Part shown: positions 1 through 12,800 of the stretch, in pieces
Numbering within the stretch: the stretch's first letter is position 1
Layout: every line of letters begins with the position of its first letter
Origin: Macrostomum lignano
Taxonomy: Eukaryota
Assembly (NCBI GenBank): GCA_002269645.1
Contig: NIVC01003697.1
Span: forward strand, 18,314 to 82,313
Direction of reading: 5' to 3'
Length of the DNA: 64,000 nucleotides
Translations under genes and position numbers: made by a program
The notes under the pieces: generated by a model
What the model was told of the DNA's origin: nothing
The model's database searches: none
The model's input: the letters and a program-made list of their open reading frames with translations, nothing else

Positions 1-82
1 TGTACAATGATAATATATAAGTGAATGCCTTGGCGCCCTGGGCAGCCAAGAGTCGGTCTACGCCTTAAGCCAATTTCTCGTT

Positions 83-1415
83 GGGAAAACGATTTCGTGA
101 CCAGCGGGCACGGTTGTCCTGTCTGCTACCTCAACGGCGAATACACAGCTACTTGCTGCCGATGACTCCATTTTTACTTGCTGACCGCACACAGTGAGCG
201 TTTGGCGATTGCAGTCGATGACGCAGCCACAGTTTGCCAGGAAATCTGCACCCAGCAAAAAATCCTTGGCCAGATTGTCGACAACTAAAACTCTTTGTCG
301 AACCGTTGCCACACCGAAACTTAGCTGCACTTCCTGCCAACCACAGGCAGCCAAATAGTTACCGTCTGCTAGCTTCAACTGCACCGGAGTCGTCAAAGGC
401 AGGAGCCTGTCATTCAGCTTGCGGAACAGGGAACTTGACATCAAAGACTGGGAACACCCAGTGTCAACTAGACAGCTGGCAGGGATACACATTGGCAGGA
501 TGCGACAGTTTACCAGCATGTTGGCACCAGTGGCTGAGCAGGACACCTCTACGATTGGTTGCGCCGGGATTCTCACTTGCGGAACGGCACCCCGGCGGTC
601 GCCGCTCCATCGAAGTTTCCCGACTTCTGAGTGCAAAATTTTTGAACATGGCCCGGCTTACCGCACTTCCAGCATGTCACAACTCTGCGTCTGTCGCCGC
701 TCTGACGATGATCCTGGTCCTTTGACTCCCAGCGGCTGAGCTTGTTGGACAGCTCCTTCAGGGACCGTTGAATTCCGACTGCAAAGGCTTCGGGAACCTC
801 AGCAGCTAGAGCCGTAGCAGTGCCTCCTTGCGACTGTATCGATTCCACGAATCGCGCTGTTTCAACTGTATCAGCGAATGTCGCCTTTGGCTGCATCTGC
901 GTCTGCATTCGCACAGCTGGGTCCCTCAATCCGGATAGAAACCGACCTTTGAGAAGCTCGTCCTTCGCTGTCACCGACGTCTCCTGCTCGGCACCTGCTT
1001 TCGTCTCCATCAGACTCGGGAACGCACGCTTTGCCGCAACGATCAGGGCATCGGAATAGTCTGCAACCGACTGACCGTCCTTTTGAGTCAGATTGAAGAA
1101 CTGCGCCTGCAGCTCAGCAGAGGATGTTGATGGCCGAAATCGATTTTTCAGAGCCTTCTCAAAGTCGTCGTAGGACAGGGCAGCATCCAAATTGCTGGCC
1201 GCTTGATATGATTTGTCGTCGAGGAATGACAGCAGAGCATTCTTGCGCTGATCCACAGGAAGAGATGATGCGAAATTGTTGAATCGTGCCAGCCAAAGTT
1301 CAAAGTCTTGTCCATGCTGGTATTGAGGCGGCCGCAAAAACATGTTGACAAAACTAGCTTGGGGCTGAGTCACCGCCACTGTAGGGCTCTCTGCACTGCC
1401 TTCATTTTCAGTCAT
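83..1415 (-). CDS. Gypsy Gag (CCHC knuckle) plus aspartic protease via -1 frameshift, inside the inverted segment, truncated at 83
   Basis: Gag runs 1415-573 with CWKCGKPGHVQKFC. The protease frame contains LVDTGCSQS. A slippery heptamer GGGAAAC lies at 621-615 (-). The PBS TGGTGGCAGCGG (tRNA-Leu-like) directly follows the inverted LTR end at 1434. Confidence 0.9.
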
Positions 1416-1480
1416 AGCCGCCGCTGCCACCAATGTAAGAACAAGCGAAAACGAGAAATTGGCTTAAGGCGTAGACCGAC

Positions 1481-4154
1481 CGCAGGATCCACAATGTTCT
1501 CAACGCTCGACTTCACTAGCGGGTACACCCAGGTGATGCTGGACTCAGAGAGTCGCGCAAAAACAGCATTTCCTGCGCCACAAGGATTATTCCAGTACAA
1601 GAGACTACCGCAAGGTGTGTGCAATGGTCCTGCCACGTTTTCAAGGCTGATGGAACTCGTTCTGAAGGGCCTCCGATGGGAAGTGTGCCTGTCATTTCTT
1701 GACGACGTTGTCATCTTTTCGAAAGGATTCGAGGAGCATCTGCGGCGTCTTGAGCTTGTGTTGCAGAAATTCAGAACCGCTAACCTGAAGTTGAAGCCGA
1801 CCAAGTGCCACTTGTGCTATCAGGAGATCTCATTTCTTGGCTTTCGAATCTCAAAAGATGGCGTGACCACTGACCCGGACAAGGTGAAAGCAGTGCAGGA
1901 GTGGCCAACGCCCGAAGATCGTTCAGAAGTGCGACAATTCCTGGGGTTATGTAGCTACTATCGTCATTTCGTTAAAAACTACAGTGAGATTGCTGAACCG
2001 CTGTACAAGCTAACGCAAAAGGACGTGACCTTCAGCTGGACTCTCGAATGCTCAGCAGCATTTAATCGCCTAAAGCAGTGCCTTACTTCCAGCCCAGTCC
2101 TCATCATGCCGACATTCGCAGAAGACGCTGAGTTCGTGCTGGATACCGATGCCTCTGGCGTGGCCATCTCCGGAGTTCTTCAAGAGCGCCGTGGTGGCAG
2201 GACGCAGGTGGTGGCGTACGGCAGTCGCATTCTGTCCAAAGCAGAGAGAAATTACTGCACAACGAGGCGTGAGCTGCTGGCAATTGTGCACTTCGTCGGT
2301 CACTATCGCAGCTACTTGTTAGGAAAAAGATTCACACTACGTACTGATCACGCCTCGCTGATCCATCTTCTGCGCTTTCGAGATCCCGATGGTCAGCTGG
2401 CACGGTGGCTGGATAAGCTAAGCGAATTCGACTACCAGACGGAGTATCGCAAGGGCGAGAAACATGGAAATGCAGACGCACTTAGTCGGCGACCGTGTCG
2501 AAAAGGACCTTGCCTGTGCAGTGGCTCTGCGCTCGCTGTCGAGTTCAATGACGACAGCGCGATTCGACGAGCACAGGCAGAGGATCGGTGCATGCAGAAG
2601 CTGGCGAACTGCTTGCGAGATGGGCAACCACCGGATAAGGCAGAGACGGACGGCTGGAGCAATCGGCAGCGGCAACTGCTGTCCGAGTTTAAGCGGCTGA
2701 CACTGGTGAACGGACTGCTGTGCCGCCGATGGGAATCCGAAGATGGCAGCGCCTTTTGTCAGCAGCTGCTGGTGCCAGAGAGTCTACAGCGCGATGTTTT
2801 TGTCGAAGCTCATGCTGGAACGAGCGGCAGCCACTGCGGACCGCAGAAGACCATAGAAAAGATCAGGGCGCGACTCTACTGGCCTGGAATGACAGCAGAT
2901 GTGACTGACTGGTGTGCTGCGTGCCTCGAATGCGCGACACTGAAAGATTCTGGCCAGCACAGGCGGGCACCTCTACAGAGCATGGCGGTCGGCAGCGTTG
3001 GCCAGCGACTGGAAATGGACTTCATGGTGGGCCTGCCGAGGACCGATCGTGGAAATTCAGTCATCCTGGTAGTCATCGACACCTTCAGCAAGTGGACTGA
3101 GGCCTTTCCACTGCCGTCTCAAGACGCTGAGACCACAGCCCGGACGTTTGTCAACGAGTGGGTGGCTCGCTTTGGAGTCCCGCAGTCGGTGCACACCGAC
3201 CAGGGTCGGAACTGGGAGTCACAGCTGTTTCAAGAGACGATGCGGCTGCTGAAAATCGACAAGACTCGGACGACAGGCTACCACCCTGAAGGAGACGGCG
3301 GTTGCGAACGGATGAACCGGACACTGGTGCAGCTGCTGCGAGCATGGGTGAACGAGAATCAGCGAGACTGGGATCTTCATCTGCAGATTGCACTGATGGG
3401 CTACCGCACTTCAGTCCACAAGTCGACTGGTCAGACACCTTCGGCGATGCATTTCGGCCGGGAACTGCGACTACCACTGGACTTGGCATACGGAGGTCTG
3501 GCGCCGGATAGGCAACGTCCTTGTGAATGGGTGGCCGAGCTGCGGAGCCGGCTGCAGACATCGCACGAGAGGGCGCGACAAAACTTGGAGGCAGCGCAAC
3601 TGCACCAGAAGGCAGCGTACGACAGGAGGTGCCACGGCGAGGCATTCAGCGAGGACGATCTGGTCTGGCTGCACAATCCGGCGCTGAAGCGAGGCGAGAG
3701 CCGAAAATTTCATCGATGGTGGACTGGGCCATGGCGCGTTAAAAAGCAGATCTCAGACGTCACCTACCGCATTCAGCACGAGGCCAATGCACGACGGCGA
3801 AGGGTGGTGCATTTCAATCGCCTGAAGCCATGCAACACGGCTAGTCCAGCTGCAGCACCTCAATTGCAACCAGCGGCGCAACTGCACAATCCTGACGAGG
3901 ACGACCTGAGATTTGACGGCGTCCCAGCCGGCGCCCCAGCCGGCGTCCCAGCCGGCGCCCCAGCCGGCGCCCCAGCCGGCGCCCCAGCCGGCGCCCCAGT
4001 CGGCGCCCCGGTCGGCGCCCCAGCCGGCGCCCCAATCGGCGCCCCGGTCGGCGCCCCTGCTGATGTTCCAGAGCATCCTGAGCAGCCTGTATTGCGCCGA
4101 AGTGAGAGGGCCCGTGCCCCGCCAGAATTTTTTGGTGAAGTGTATACTCATTGA
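1481..4154 (+). CDS. Gypsy Pol (RT lacking its N-terminus, RNase H, integrase with GPY/F-type tail and GAPA repeats)
   Basis: Motifs: TLDFTSGY, LPQG, FLDD, TDAS, HHCC (AH..H...C..C), MDF/TDQGRNWE/ERMN, WTGPW. The first ~58 codons of ORF 1308-4154 are read through inverted gag/LTR sequence. Confidence 0.92.
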
Positions 4155-4619
4155 ATGCAGATTTTCTTAGAAATTTTTTTTGAAACATTGACATTGCTTA
4201 AGTTTATTTTAATTTCCTCTTTTATTTCCCTCAAATATTTATTCGTTCAAATATTCGATCACAATTCGTCGAACTCATACTCGTTACTTTTTTAACACAA
4301 CGAAAAATGCAGAAAGTGAGTGGAACACTTTTTTTGAAAGAAGGAGAGCATTGTAAGATGGTTTGCTTAGTTGATTGCGTGTGCGCACGTTCACTAGCTC
4401 TTATGTAAATTTGCTCGCTGTACAATGATAATATATAAGTGAATGCCTTGGCGCCCTGGGCAGCCAAGAGTCGGTCTACGCCTTAAGCCAATTTCTCGTT
4501 TTCGCTTGTTCTTACATATCCATACGAGTTAAAGAAGATGCTCAAAAGCTTCTCCGTGGACAACAAAGATGCTCAAGAGGCTCTGCTGTTCCATCAAAGT
4601 TTTAAACGGCTGCGATTTC

Positions 4620-5060
4620 GTCTTCACGTTCTTCGATGACAGCCTGCGCTTCTCAAAGACCAAGTCGGATCATCTCCGGCAACATCTCCGGCCTTAGGCT
4701 CCAAGTGCAAGATCGCGGTACCCGAAGTGACCTTTCTCGGCACACGATATACAAAGGATGGTGCCCAGCCCAGCCAAGAGAAGCTGGAGGCAATTCAGCA
4801 GTGGAAAGAGCTAAGGTCAGCCAAGGAGGTGCATCAGTTCATCGGCCTGTGTAACCAATATCGACGCCACGTAACCAACTTTGCTGCCATCGCCGTACGG
4901 CTGCAGCCTTCGACAAGCTCAAAAGGTGCCTAATTAGTCCTCCGATCCTGGTGACCCCGGATTTCACCAAGGAGTTCTCAGTCTTCACGGATGCCAGCGG
5001 CAGCGGAGTCGGTGCGATTCTGAAGCAAGGCGAGGCGAGGCGGTGATCGAGTTCTGTCAG
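4620..5060 (+). mobile_element. Degenerate fragment of another Gypsy pol (RT thumb/RNase H)
   Basis: Frames give TFLGTRYTKDG..EKLEAIQQW..EVHQFIGLCNQYRR and PDFTKEFSVFTDASGSGVGAILKQ, broken by frameshifts and deletions. Confidence 0.8.
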
Positions 5061-5410
5061 TCCACTGTCACCCAGTCCAATGTCACCCAGTCCACTGTCA
5101 CCCATTCCACTGTGTCCACTGCCACCCAGTTCAACTGTCACCCAGTCCACTGTCACCCAGTCCACTGTCACCCAGTCCACTGTCACCCAGTCCACTGTCA
5201 CCCAGTCCAATGTCACCCAGTCCACTGTCACCCAGTCCACTGTCACCCAGTCCACTGTCACCCAGTCCACTGTCACGCAGTCCAATGTCACCCAGTCCAC
5301 TGTCACCCAGTCCAATGTCACCCAGTCCACTGTCACCCAGTCCACTGTCACGCAGTCCAATGTCACCCAGTCCACTGTCACCCATTCCACTGTGTCCACT
5401 GTCACCCAGT
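5061..5410. repeat. 15-bp minisatellite (GTCACCCAGTCCACT)n
   Basis: About 22 tandem units. They generate the STVTQ/HCHPV/GDSGL repeat ORFs. Confidence 0.97.
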
Positions 5411-5447
5411 CAAGTCCGCAACCCCGCTCAGTAAGTCCAGCCCCCCA

Positions 5448-7377
5448 TCAAGCCGCCAGCTCGTCGCCGGTCCGCTCAGAATTCACCCCCGCCGTCATAG
5501 CGATTTCCTCTTCTCCATCAGCATCCTTGTCTGCGGAGCTGTAGGGCTTGGCTGGAGACGCCACCGCGCCCATTACAAGGTGGTAGGCCAGCTCCAGCAG
5601 CTCGCACAGGGTCAGCAGGCTGCAGCCGATGTACAGGCCGAGGAGTCCGCCAATGTCAGCCAGGAAGGCCGACCACGAGTATGAGTAGGCCATGGTGATC
5701 TTCGGCGACATGGGACTCTTCACCGAGATCTCCACTTGGATCATGGACTGGGAGACATAGTGGCGGAAGACCGCCTCAGTGTGGCCCGAATGACTGCCTG
5801 CAAGTGCCGTAGATTTTCTGTGGTGTTATATCTGCTATCTCTGCTTGCTCTGGTCAATAAATTTGGCGAGATTGAATCACAAGATGACCTAGCGACACCT
5901 GAACTTGCAAGCACTAAGCCCTCCCTAAAACATTAAATCTCACAATGCTCTTCGAGCACAAAGTGCAGATGCGGGGCAGCTCACCTGATGAGAAATTCTC
6001 AGCCAGTTCGATCAAGCGCACTGTCCCAGGGCAGCATTTTTCAAGTGCCTCGCTTTGGGAACCGAAAAACTTCAGTAAAAATCTGGCCAATCCCTTACTC
6101 GATCTCGGCCATTTCATTGAAGTGGCCTGCACGATGTACTTCTTGTACTCGCAGGGCTGGTGCTTCGTGCAGTGGTCAATCACCTGCTGAGTGTGCTTGT
6201 CAATGAAAGCTTTCATCTCCTCTTCAGTTGACGCGTTCAATTTTGATATGTTGCTCATGGCGATCTCCGTCATGTTTTCAATCCTGGGCACGTCCTTCCA
6301 TTTCCAGGGCTTTGGGTACTGGGAGAAGAGAACCTTGAACCGGTTTTCCAACAGGGTGCTCATGTGGATGAAGAAACAGGCGCCTCGGCTGTTCGTGTAC
6401 TCCTTCCGTGCACCGGTCAGCTGGTCCTGGAACTCCGGCTTGGCTTGGCTCGGGTTGCAGTACGTTCCGTGAAGTTCTGAGCCAAACTCTTTGTCTTCCA
6501 TTTCGAGTGAGATCTCGTACTGCCTGCCTGCCGCCAGGCTCACTTTGGTCTCGTGCAGCGGTGAAGGATAGGCGCCTCTGGGCACCACCTGCAGATTGTA
6601 GCCCAGGCTGGACAGGCCGTAATACCCGTCTGTTGTCTGCCAGTCCTCGAACGGCACGCTCTCGTTGTTGAACGGATTGGTAATCGGATTGATGCTCGCG
6701 CCTCCGTAGTTGAAATCGAAATTGTGAGGGTCTACGAACGGCCAGGCAAGCACAACCGACCGCCTGTAGTTCAGGTTATCGTATTCCTCCTCCGGCACGT
6801 TCACCTTGAAGCAAATCTTGTTGTTCGGATGGAGAAATTTCGCTATAGCAGATTCGAACTTGCTCTGAGACAGCGAGGAGTGCATCACGGCAGGATGAAT
6901 AAGAAACGCCTGCTGATTACTCTGCAGTAAGTACTTCTGAAGAATCTGCACAGGCATCGACATCTGTATCTGCGACACCCTGGGAAGTGTGCTGTAAAAT
7001 CCCTTACAAAATGTAGATTCCTTTGCGCAGTAGAGTCTGTCGTAGAGCCGGTTCAGCCTCTCAACCTCTTCATTTACGATCTTGGTCTCATTTTCCTTCA
7101 AAGTGTAGGGAATGCTGCCAGAGTAGATCAGGCTCGGACACAGGTAGAGGTCCGGGAACTCGAACGGTACCTTCTCTGCTTCGTAAGTCTGATCAATTGA
7201 GATTTTGGTGATCTTCTCAAACATACTAAAGGAACTTCGGCAGCACAGAGCCAGGAATACCATGAACAAGATTGTCCACATGACCTTCAGTGCGAGCGAC
7301 CGGGGGCCCGCAGCCCTGCTGATGCCGTGAGCACTGCTCTCAGCGATTGCTGCGACTATGATGCTCTTTGCTGACAT
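5448..7377 (-). CDS. DEG/ENaC (amiloride-sensitive) ion channel subunit, exons 7377-5985 and 5797-5448, about 580 aa
   Basis: HG motif (SSAHGI) precedes TM1. TM2 reads FLADIGGLLGLYIGCSLLTLCELLE. Donor TCAG|gtgag and acceptor ttgcag|GC are both phase 1 and join the two ORFs in frame. The start codon is assumed to be ATG 7377. Confidence 0.9.
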
Positions 7378-7679
7378 GCTTGAAAAAGAACTCGAGTTGG
7401 ATGTTTTGAGCAACTTTCTCGAAGCGGAAAAAATCAAAGCGTTTGTTTATACTTCCGCTATCGCCCAGTCCAGTATGAGACTGCAATGTTACAACAGTAG
7501 TGCGTGAATCAAATAGAATATTTTTACGCGTTCCAAATTCATTTTTGTTCGAAAATACATGTACGTATCCAGAACGATTATCACAGGTCAGCTATCCAAG
7601 ACCACTGGCCATCTCTGCTGCAACAGCTGCTGTGACAGTGAGCAAACTCTTGCTTGAAAACTTCGATCATCAAGTGATC

Positions 7680-8508
7680 TGTGACGTTGCTAGTTTAAGT
7701 GGTCCCGCAAAAGGGCCGTTGGACTATAGTTTCCCTTGTAATTTCTCATTTTAATTTCTCCAATAGTTTATTTTAACGTTTACTTATAGTAGCGTGCAAA
7801 TAATCTGTATCAACTGCTATTTCACTGTGTATTTGGTAGGCCTTGCGCTCGTCTGTGAATTTTGGCACGATCGATAATTTCAAGTTCTCTCGCCAGCCAA
7901 TGAAAACTCTCCGTGTTTTACGCTACCCCCTTTTGCGCTCTTTATTAACCCTCGCCTGGCGGGCTGGGGGTTTCACTCTTCCCTGTTCTTGTGTTCGGTG
8001 TTCTCTCTCCTTAGGCTTGTCCTCCGTCCCGTCTGGCTTGCCTAGCCTTGTCTAGCCTTGTTTTCCTTCTCTCTGTCTGGCTGCCTCGAGCCTCCTTATC
8101 TCACGCCACGGCTGACGCCAACCTCGCCACTGCTCATCTGCCTGCCTACTGCGCCTCACTGCCTTCACTGTGCTCATTGCCATTGCTCCTCACGTTACGT
8201 CGCCATTGCATCATTCGTCTGCCACTTGACTTCACATTCAATTTATCTTCAAAAACCATTGTTGCAGCCGCCAGTGCCCAGAAAGCTATAGTTTGTGTAT
8301 TGACAGTAATAACCAAGCCTAAAATTGATACTACCAATAAAAACAACTACGGCAGTTCCTGCCTTTATCGCCAAGTGCTCCGCTACAAAATCCGCTTAAC
8401 AAGAGTTGACTTCAACTTATTTTGAGACTACGACTCACTACAACTCTCGTCAAAACGGCCCTTTTAAGGGTCATAGCCATACTTAGCCGCTACGCCAATA
8501 ACGTGACA
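7680..8508. mobile_element. Solo LTR (TG...CA), copy 1 of a family
   Basis: Ends TGTGACGTT...AACGTGACA, flanked by 4-bp TSD GATC (7676-7679 and 8509-8512). Homologous to 18306-18990. Confidence 0.8.
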
Positions 8509-9388
8509 GATCGTTTTTCAAGACTGAATTTAGACTCAACATTGCTTGAATTAGTGTACACCAAAAACCAAAAGCCAAGTCTTAGTGTCCAGCTGATTCA
8601 TAGTAGTGCAGGCTGTATGCTCAAAGTTATGAAGCAAAACCATAGATCAAACCTGTCTACATGCTCGCCTATCTAAAAACCAATGACTGCTCAAGTAGAA
8701 GGACCGGAAACTATGTTTCTTGGAGATGTTCAGGAGGCAGGTTTTACCGAAAAAATACACTGCGGAGAATGGAGGTTTTCATTTTTTCAGCACAAAAATT
8801 GTTATTTCTTTAATAGGAGGCAGACTCATCGCTCATCTTTTGATATGTTTGCCTTTCTTAGAGCCTTTTACATACGTGTGTTAATTTTTCTGAAGTATTC
8901 TGTACCTATATACTAAATCTCTAACCCATGTTTGTCCGTGTAAAACGCTCCACAGGCTGAACGCCTCAACCAATTGGTATCGTGTTTTTCACCAAAAAAA
9001 TTTAAATCAGACAAGTATTGTATGGTTAAAAATTTCTTTAATCTGCTTCAATGCTAAATGTATTAACTATTCAAAAAACGACTTTTCCTAATGCTTTTAA
9101 TGGGAGGCCAAACCAGGTTGAATTCTTGACTGGCTGAATTCCAATTTCAAAAGTGATTGCGCCACAACTTTGCGCCACTGTGTAGGCCCCAATACTGGCT
9201 GCAGTGTGCAAGGAGAGAAAAAATGCTTAAGGGGGGAACTGCTGAGATGCTAAGGCTCACGGGGGAATGGCTGCGATTTCAAAGGCTCATAAGAGAATAG
9301 CTGAAATTCACGAACTGTCAAGGTTCGTTGGGTAATTGTTGAAATGCTGTGGTTTATGGAGGGAATTGCTGAAATGCTGTGACTTGGC

Positions 9389-9451
9389 AGGGTTAGGGTT
9401 AGGGTTAGGGTTGGATTAGGGTTAGGGTTAGGGTTAGGGTTAGGGTTAGGG
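9389..9451 (+). repeat. Interstitial telomeric tract (TTAGGG)~10
   Basis: About ten TTAGGG units with one TTGGA variant. Confidence 0.92.
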
Positions 9452-9852
9452 GTTCAACCATAAGACTCATGTGGAATTGCCTAAAAGACTAAAAGAAGCG
9501 TCATTTAAAAATAGCAGAAGGGTCATGCAAAAAGAATAGAAGCGTCTTGTCAGACGAAAAGGAAGCGTCATATAAAAAAGAAGCGTCTTGAAAAACAAAT
9601 GAAGCGTCAATTGAAACTTTGCTGTGACTCTTGGGGAAATGTCAAGACTCGGGGAGGGGAATTTCTGAAATTTCACGGCTAAGGTCAGAAGCTACATGTA
9701 GTTAATTCGAAAATTAAAATTGAAATTTTATTGAAATTTGAAATTTGAACATGATTATTGCATTTCATGATACATGTAAGAAAATGATTGTTGCACTAGC
9801 TTAGAAAAAGATACTTTCACCATGCAGATAAGAATATAATGATGGCACTAGC

Positions 9853-12800
9853 CACAGATAATAAATACCCTAGATGGTTCACTCAGCATTATCTTTATGC
9901 GTCAGTTTGATTTGCTACTCTCTGTCCAGTGGCATAAGCGCATATTTGCTCTATTTTTTGTCTTGACATAAAATATTTGGAGAGAATGATGGTCTAGATG
10001 CCCGCGTCACACGCGCACAACCTTGGCGCTTTCAATTCTTTTATCTATGGCCAAGCTTGGCAGTGGATCGGAATTCTCAGGCGTAAAAACCAGTAGTAAA
10101 ATCTGCACCCACCCCAAAAAGGCGTTGGTCTTGGCCATAGACAGTCGAAGAAATCGATTGACTTCGTTTCTAGCTAGCAGTCAAGTGGGACGAGATACGG
10201 AGTTTAAAGTAATAAGGCAGGACGGAGAAAGAAAAGATTTTACTTCGCACTTTACCAGCAAGCAGTGCAAGAACGACAAAAACACCAGCAACGCTTCTTG
10301 CAATCACCATACTGACATGGAATTCAGCTCAAAGCGCTGCTGTGCAGCCACCTGCACCCATACAGCGCAATCTCTAACGGACGAGGGAGTGGCTGTGCGA
10401 ATGCACAGGTTTCCAGCGGACGACGGAGTTGCGAATCGATGGAGGCAAATGCTGGAAATCGACTTGGACATCGGAGCCATTCGCAAGATGGGATTGCGAG
10501 TGTGCAGTGTGCATTTTACTGACAATGATTACAGCTGTCCTTCTCTGCGACATGAATATACCACACGTTTGCGATGGAATGCCGTTCCAGACAGGGAGCT
10601 GACTCTACCCCGCCTCATTGCACATGACCTGACACATTTGGTTTTTCGCAGTGACGAAGAGGCTGACAATCTCTATCCACCTGAACTGCAGCCATTCAAC
10701 GGCACCGATGGTGAGCCGCCACAGGCCGAAGAGCAGCAGACAATGCCAACAGCCAACAGCTCAACCAACCAAGGTCATGCTGAACAACGAAGCAATAACA
10801 TCATCGCTCAGCTGCGCAGCAAAGTTCGCCGCCAAAAAACCACCATCCGACAGATGCAAGCGCGAATAGAAAAAGCAAAAGCAGTCCAGTCGGGTAGCAG
10901 CAGCTCAATAGCTACTCGTCTGATGCAGCAGAAAATCAGGCGTGATGTTCGCAGTCGCGGCATGCGCTGGACCAAAAAAGACATTGCGTGCTCAATTCAG
11001 CTGCATCACAAAGGCTCGTCAGCTTACCGACTGGTCCGCAATAAGTGGAAAATTCCGCTACCATCAAGTTCGACAATTAGGCGGCGAATTCGACAGTATT
11101 TCGTATTGCCTGGGATTTGCAACTTGACGATACGATCCTTGCAGTCCAAGTTTGATGCATCATCGACAAATCAGCAGCGGATTGCTACCCTTTGCTTCGA
11201 TGGAATGAGTCTCACACCCAGCCTGCGCTACCAGCAACATCGTGACGTGGTGGTGGGCTGCGATCCACGAACCGCTGATGACAGCAAGGAGCAGTTGCCC
11301 AGACCTGTAAACGAGGCCATCGTCGCTGTGCTTCGAGGAGTCTTTCAGGACTGGAAACAACCAATCGCATATTATCCTGTTTTTCGAACTCTTGGCCAAG
11401 AAGGATTCGGGATAGCTATTGATGAGTGCCTGACAGCTAGCCACAAGGCCGGGATTAAGGTCGTTGCACTGGTTGCGGATCAAGAGTCAACCCAGTGGGC
11501 TCACCTTTCCAGACGGGCTGACACTGCAAATCCTTTTTTACGTCACCCTGTAACCGGTGAGCCAGTCTACGTCATCGTGGACATCCCACATTGCCTAAAA
11601 AATGCTAGAAACGCCCTGATGAAGAACGACATCAAATTCAACGAGTGCAAGCTAGCTAAGTGGCAGCATCTCATCCAGTTTTATCAGAACGACAGCGGCC
11701 CATCTCTCCGATTAGCAAGCAAGCTCACCGACGCTCATTTCAGCTTAGCTCTGGGTCAGAAGATGAAAGTATCGCTCGCAGCACAAGTGTTAAGCCATTC
11801 TGTTGCAAGTGGTATCAGGACTTTGGTCCATCATAATGAGTTATCTGAGGATGCGTTGCAGACAGCTGAATTTGCGAAGCGTCTGAATGACATTTTCGAC
11901 ATGCTGAACTCAGCGCATCTCTATGGCAAAGGCTTCCAGCAGCCGATTCATCGCGATACTCTATCGGCGCAGATCGACCGTCTGACAGAGGCGGAAGACT
12001 TCGTGCGGAGCTGGCGCTTTCTCCCACTGAATGGGCGCGCTGTTAAGCCTACGATGCCATTCAAAGAAGGGTGGCTCCTATCGCTTTCTGCTACCAAGCA
12101 GCTGTGCACTACTCTCATTCGGGACCACCACTTTGACTACGTGTGTACTCGCCGATTTACTCAAGATCACGTTGAGGTAAGTTCACAAAATTTATTAAAA
12201 GCGAGACTATATTTCCATAATTAAATATTTAAAGATTACTTCACCCTAATTAGTGGTTCAGCAATGTACAAGAATTTGCATTGATGAAACAAAGGGCATC
12301 GTACAATTCTCCTCTTCAGAACCTTTTCTGCATCATCCGCGGGCACAACGGTTTTAACGACAGACCAGAGCTCAGCTCCTTCGTCGGTGCCCTGCGGTCC
12401 GTGGCTGCCAGCGGCCTGGCCCAGCCTGACTCGACGTCTCGCAACTGCGAAGACGACAACTGTGAGGCTGCCATCATAGCAGCCTGCGCCTCCACCGGTG
12501 CCGGAGACTGTGTGACTACCAAAGCGGGTCCACAGAACTCAAGCAGTGTTGTATGCCAGGCACCACAGCAGCAGCTGCTCCAAAAAAAACTGGACTCCTG
12601 GCAGGGCGCAAGCAATGTCTCGCTGGAAGCTGCTGAGTACGTTGGCGGATATGTGCTAAAGCGAAGCCGAGTTCTTCACTGTCAGGTGTGCAACTCTTTG
12701 CTTACAGCATCCGAATCTGCAGGGGTTCACATCCAGCACAAGACCTACTCGCATGCATTCCGCGGGTTGACTGCGCCCTCGCCGGTGGCGCTTGTTGCAT

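Larger units (their letters stand above)
1..4516 (+). mobile_element. Ty3/Gypsy LTR retrotransposon, rearranged (gag-PR segment inverted; 5' LTR starts upstream of the window)
   Basis: Bases 1-82 match 4419-4500. The 3' LTR at 4352-4516 has TGTAAG...CTTACA ends and follows a purine tract (aagaaggagagc). pol is on + and gag-PR is on -. Confidence 0.93.

Noticed and set aside
1308-1480. N-terminus of the 948-aa ORF
   Set aside because: It is read through inverted gag/PBS/LTR sequence. Real RT homology starts at about 1481.
10023-10316. 98-aa N-terminal extension of the transposase ORF
   Set aside because: It starts at a non-ATG codon. THAP domains are normally N-terminal, and ATG 10317 immediately precedes the domain.
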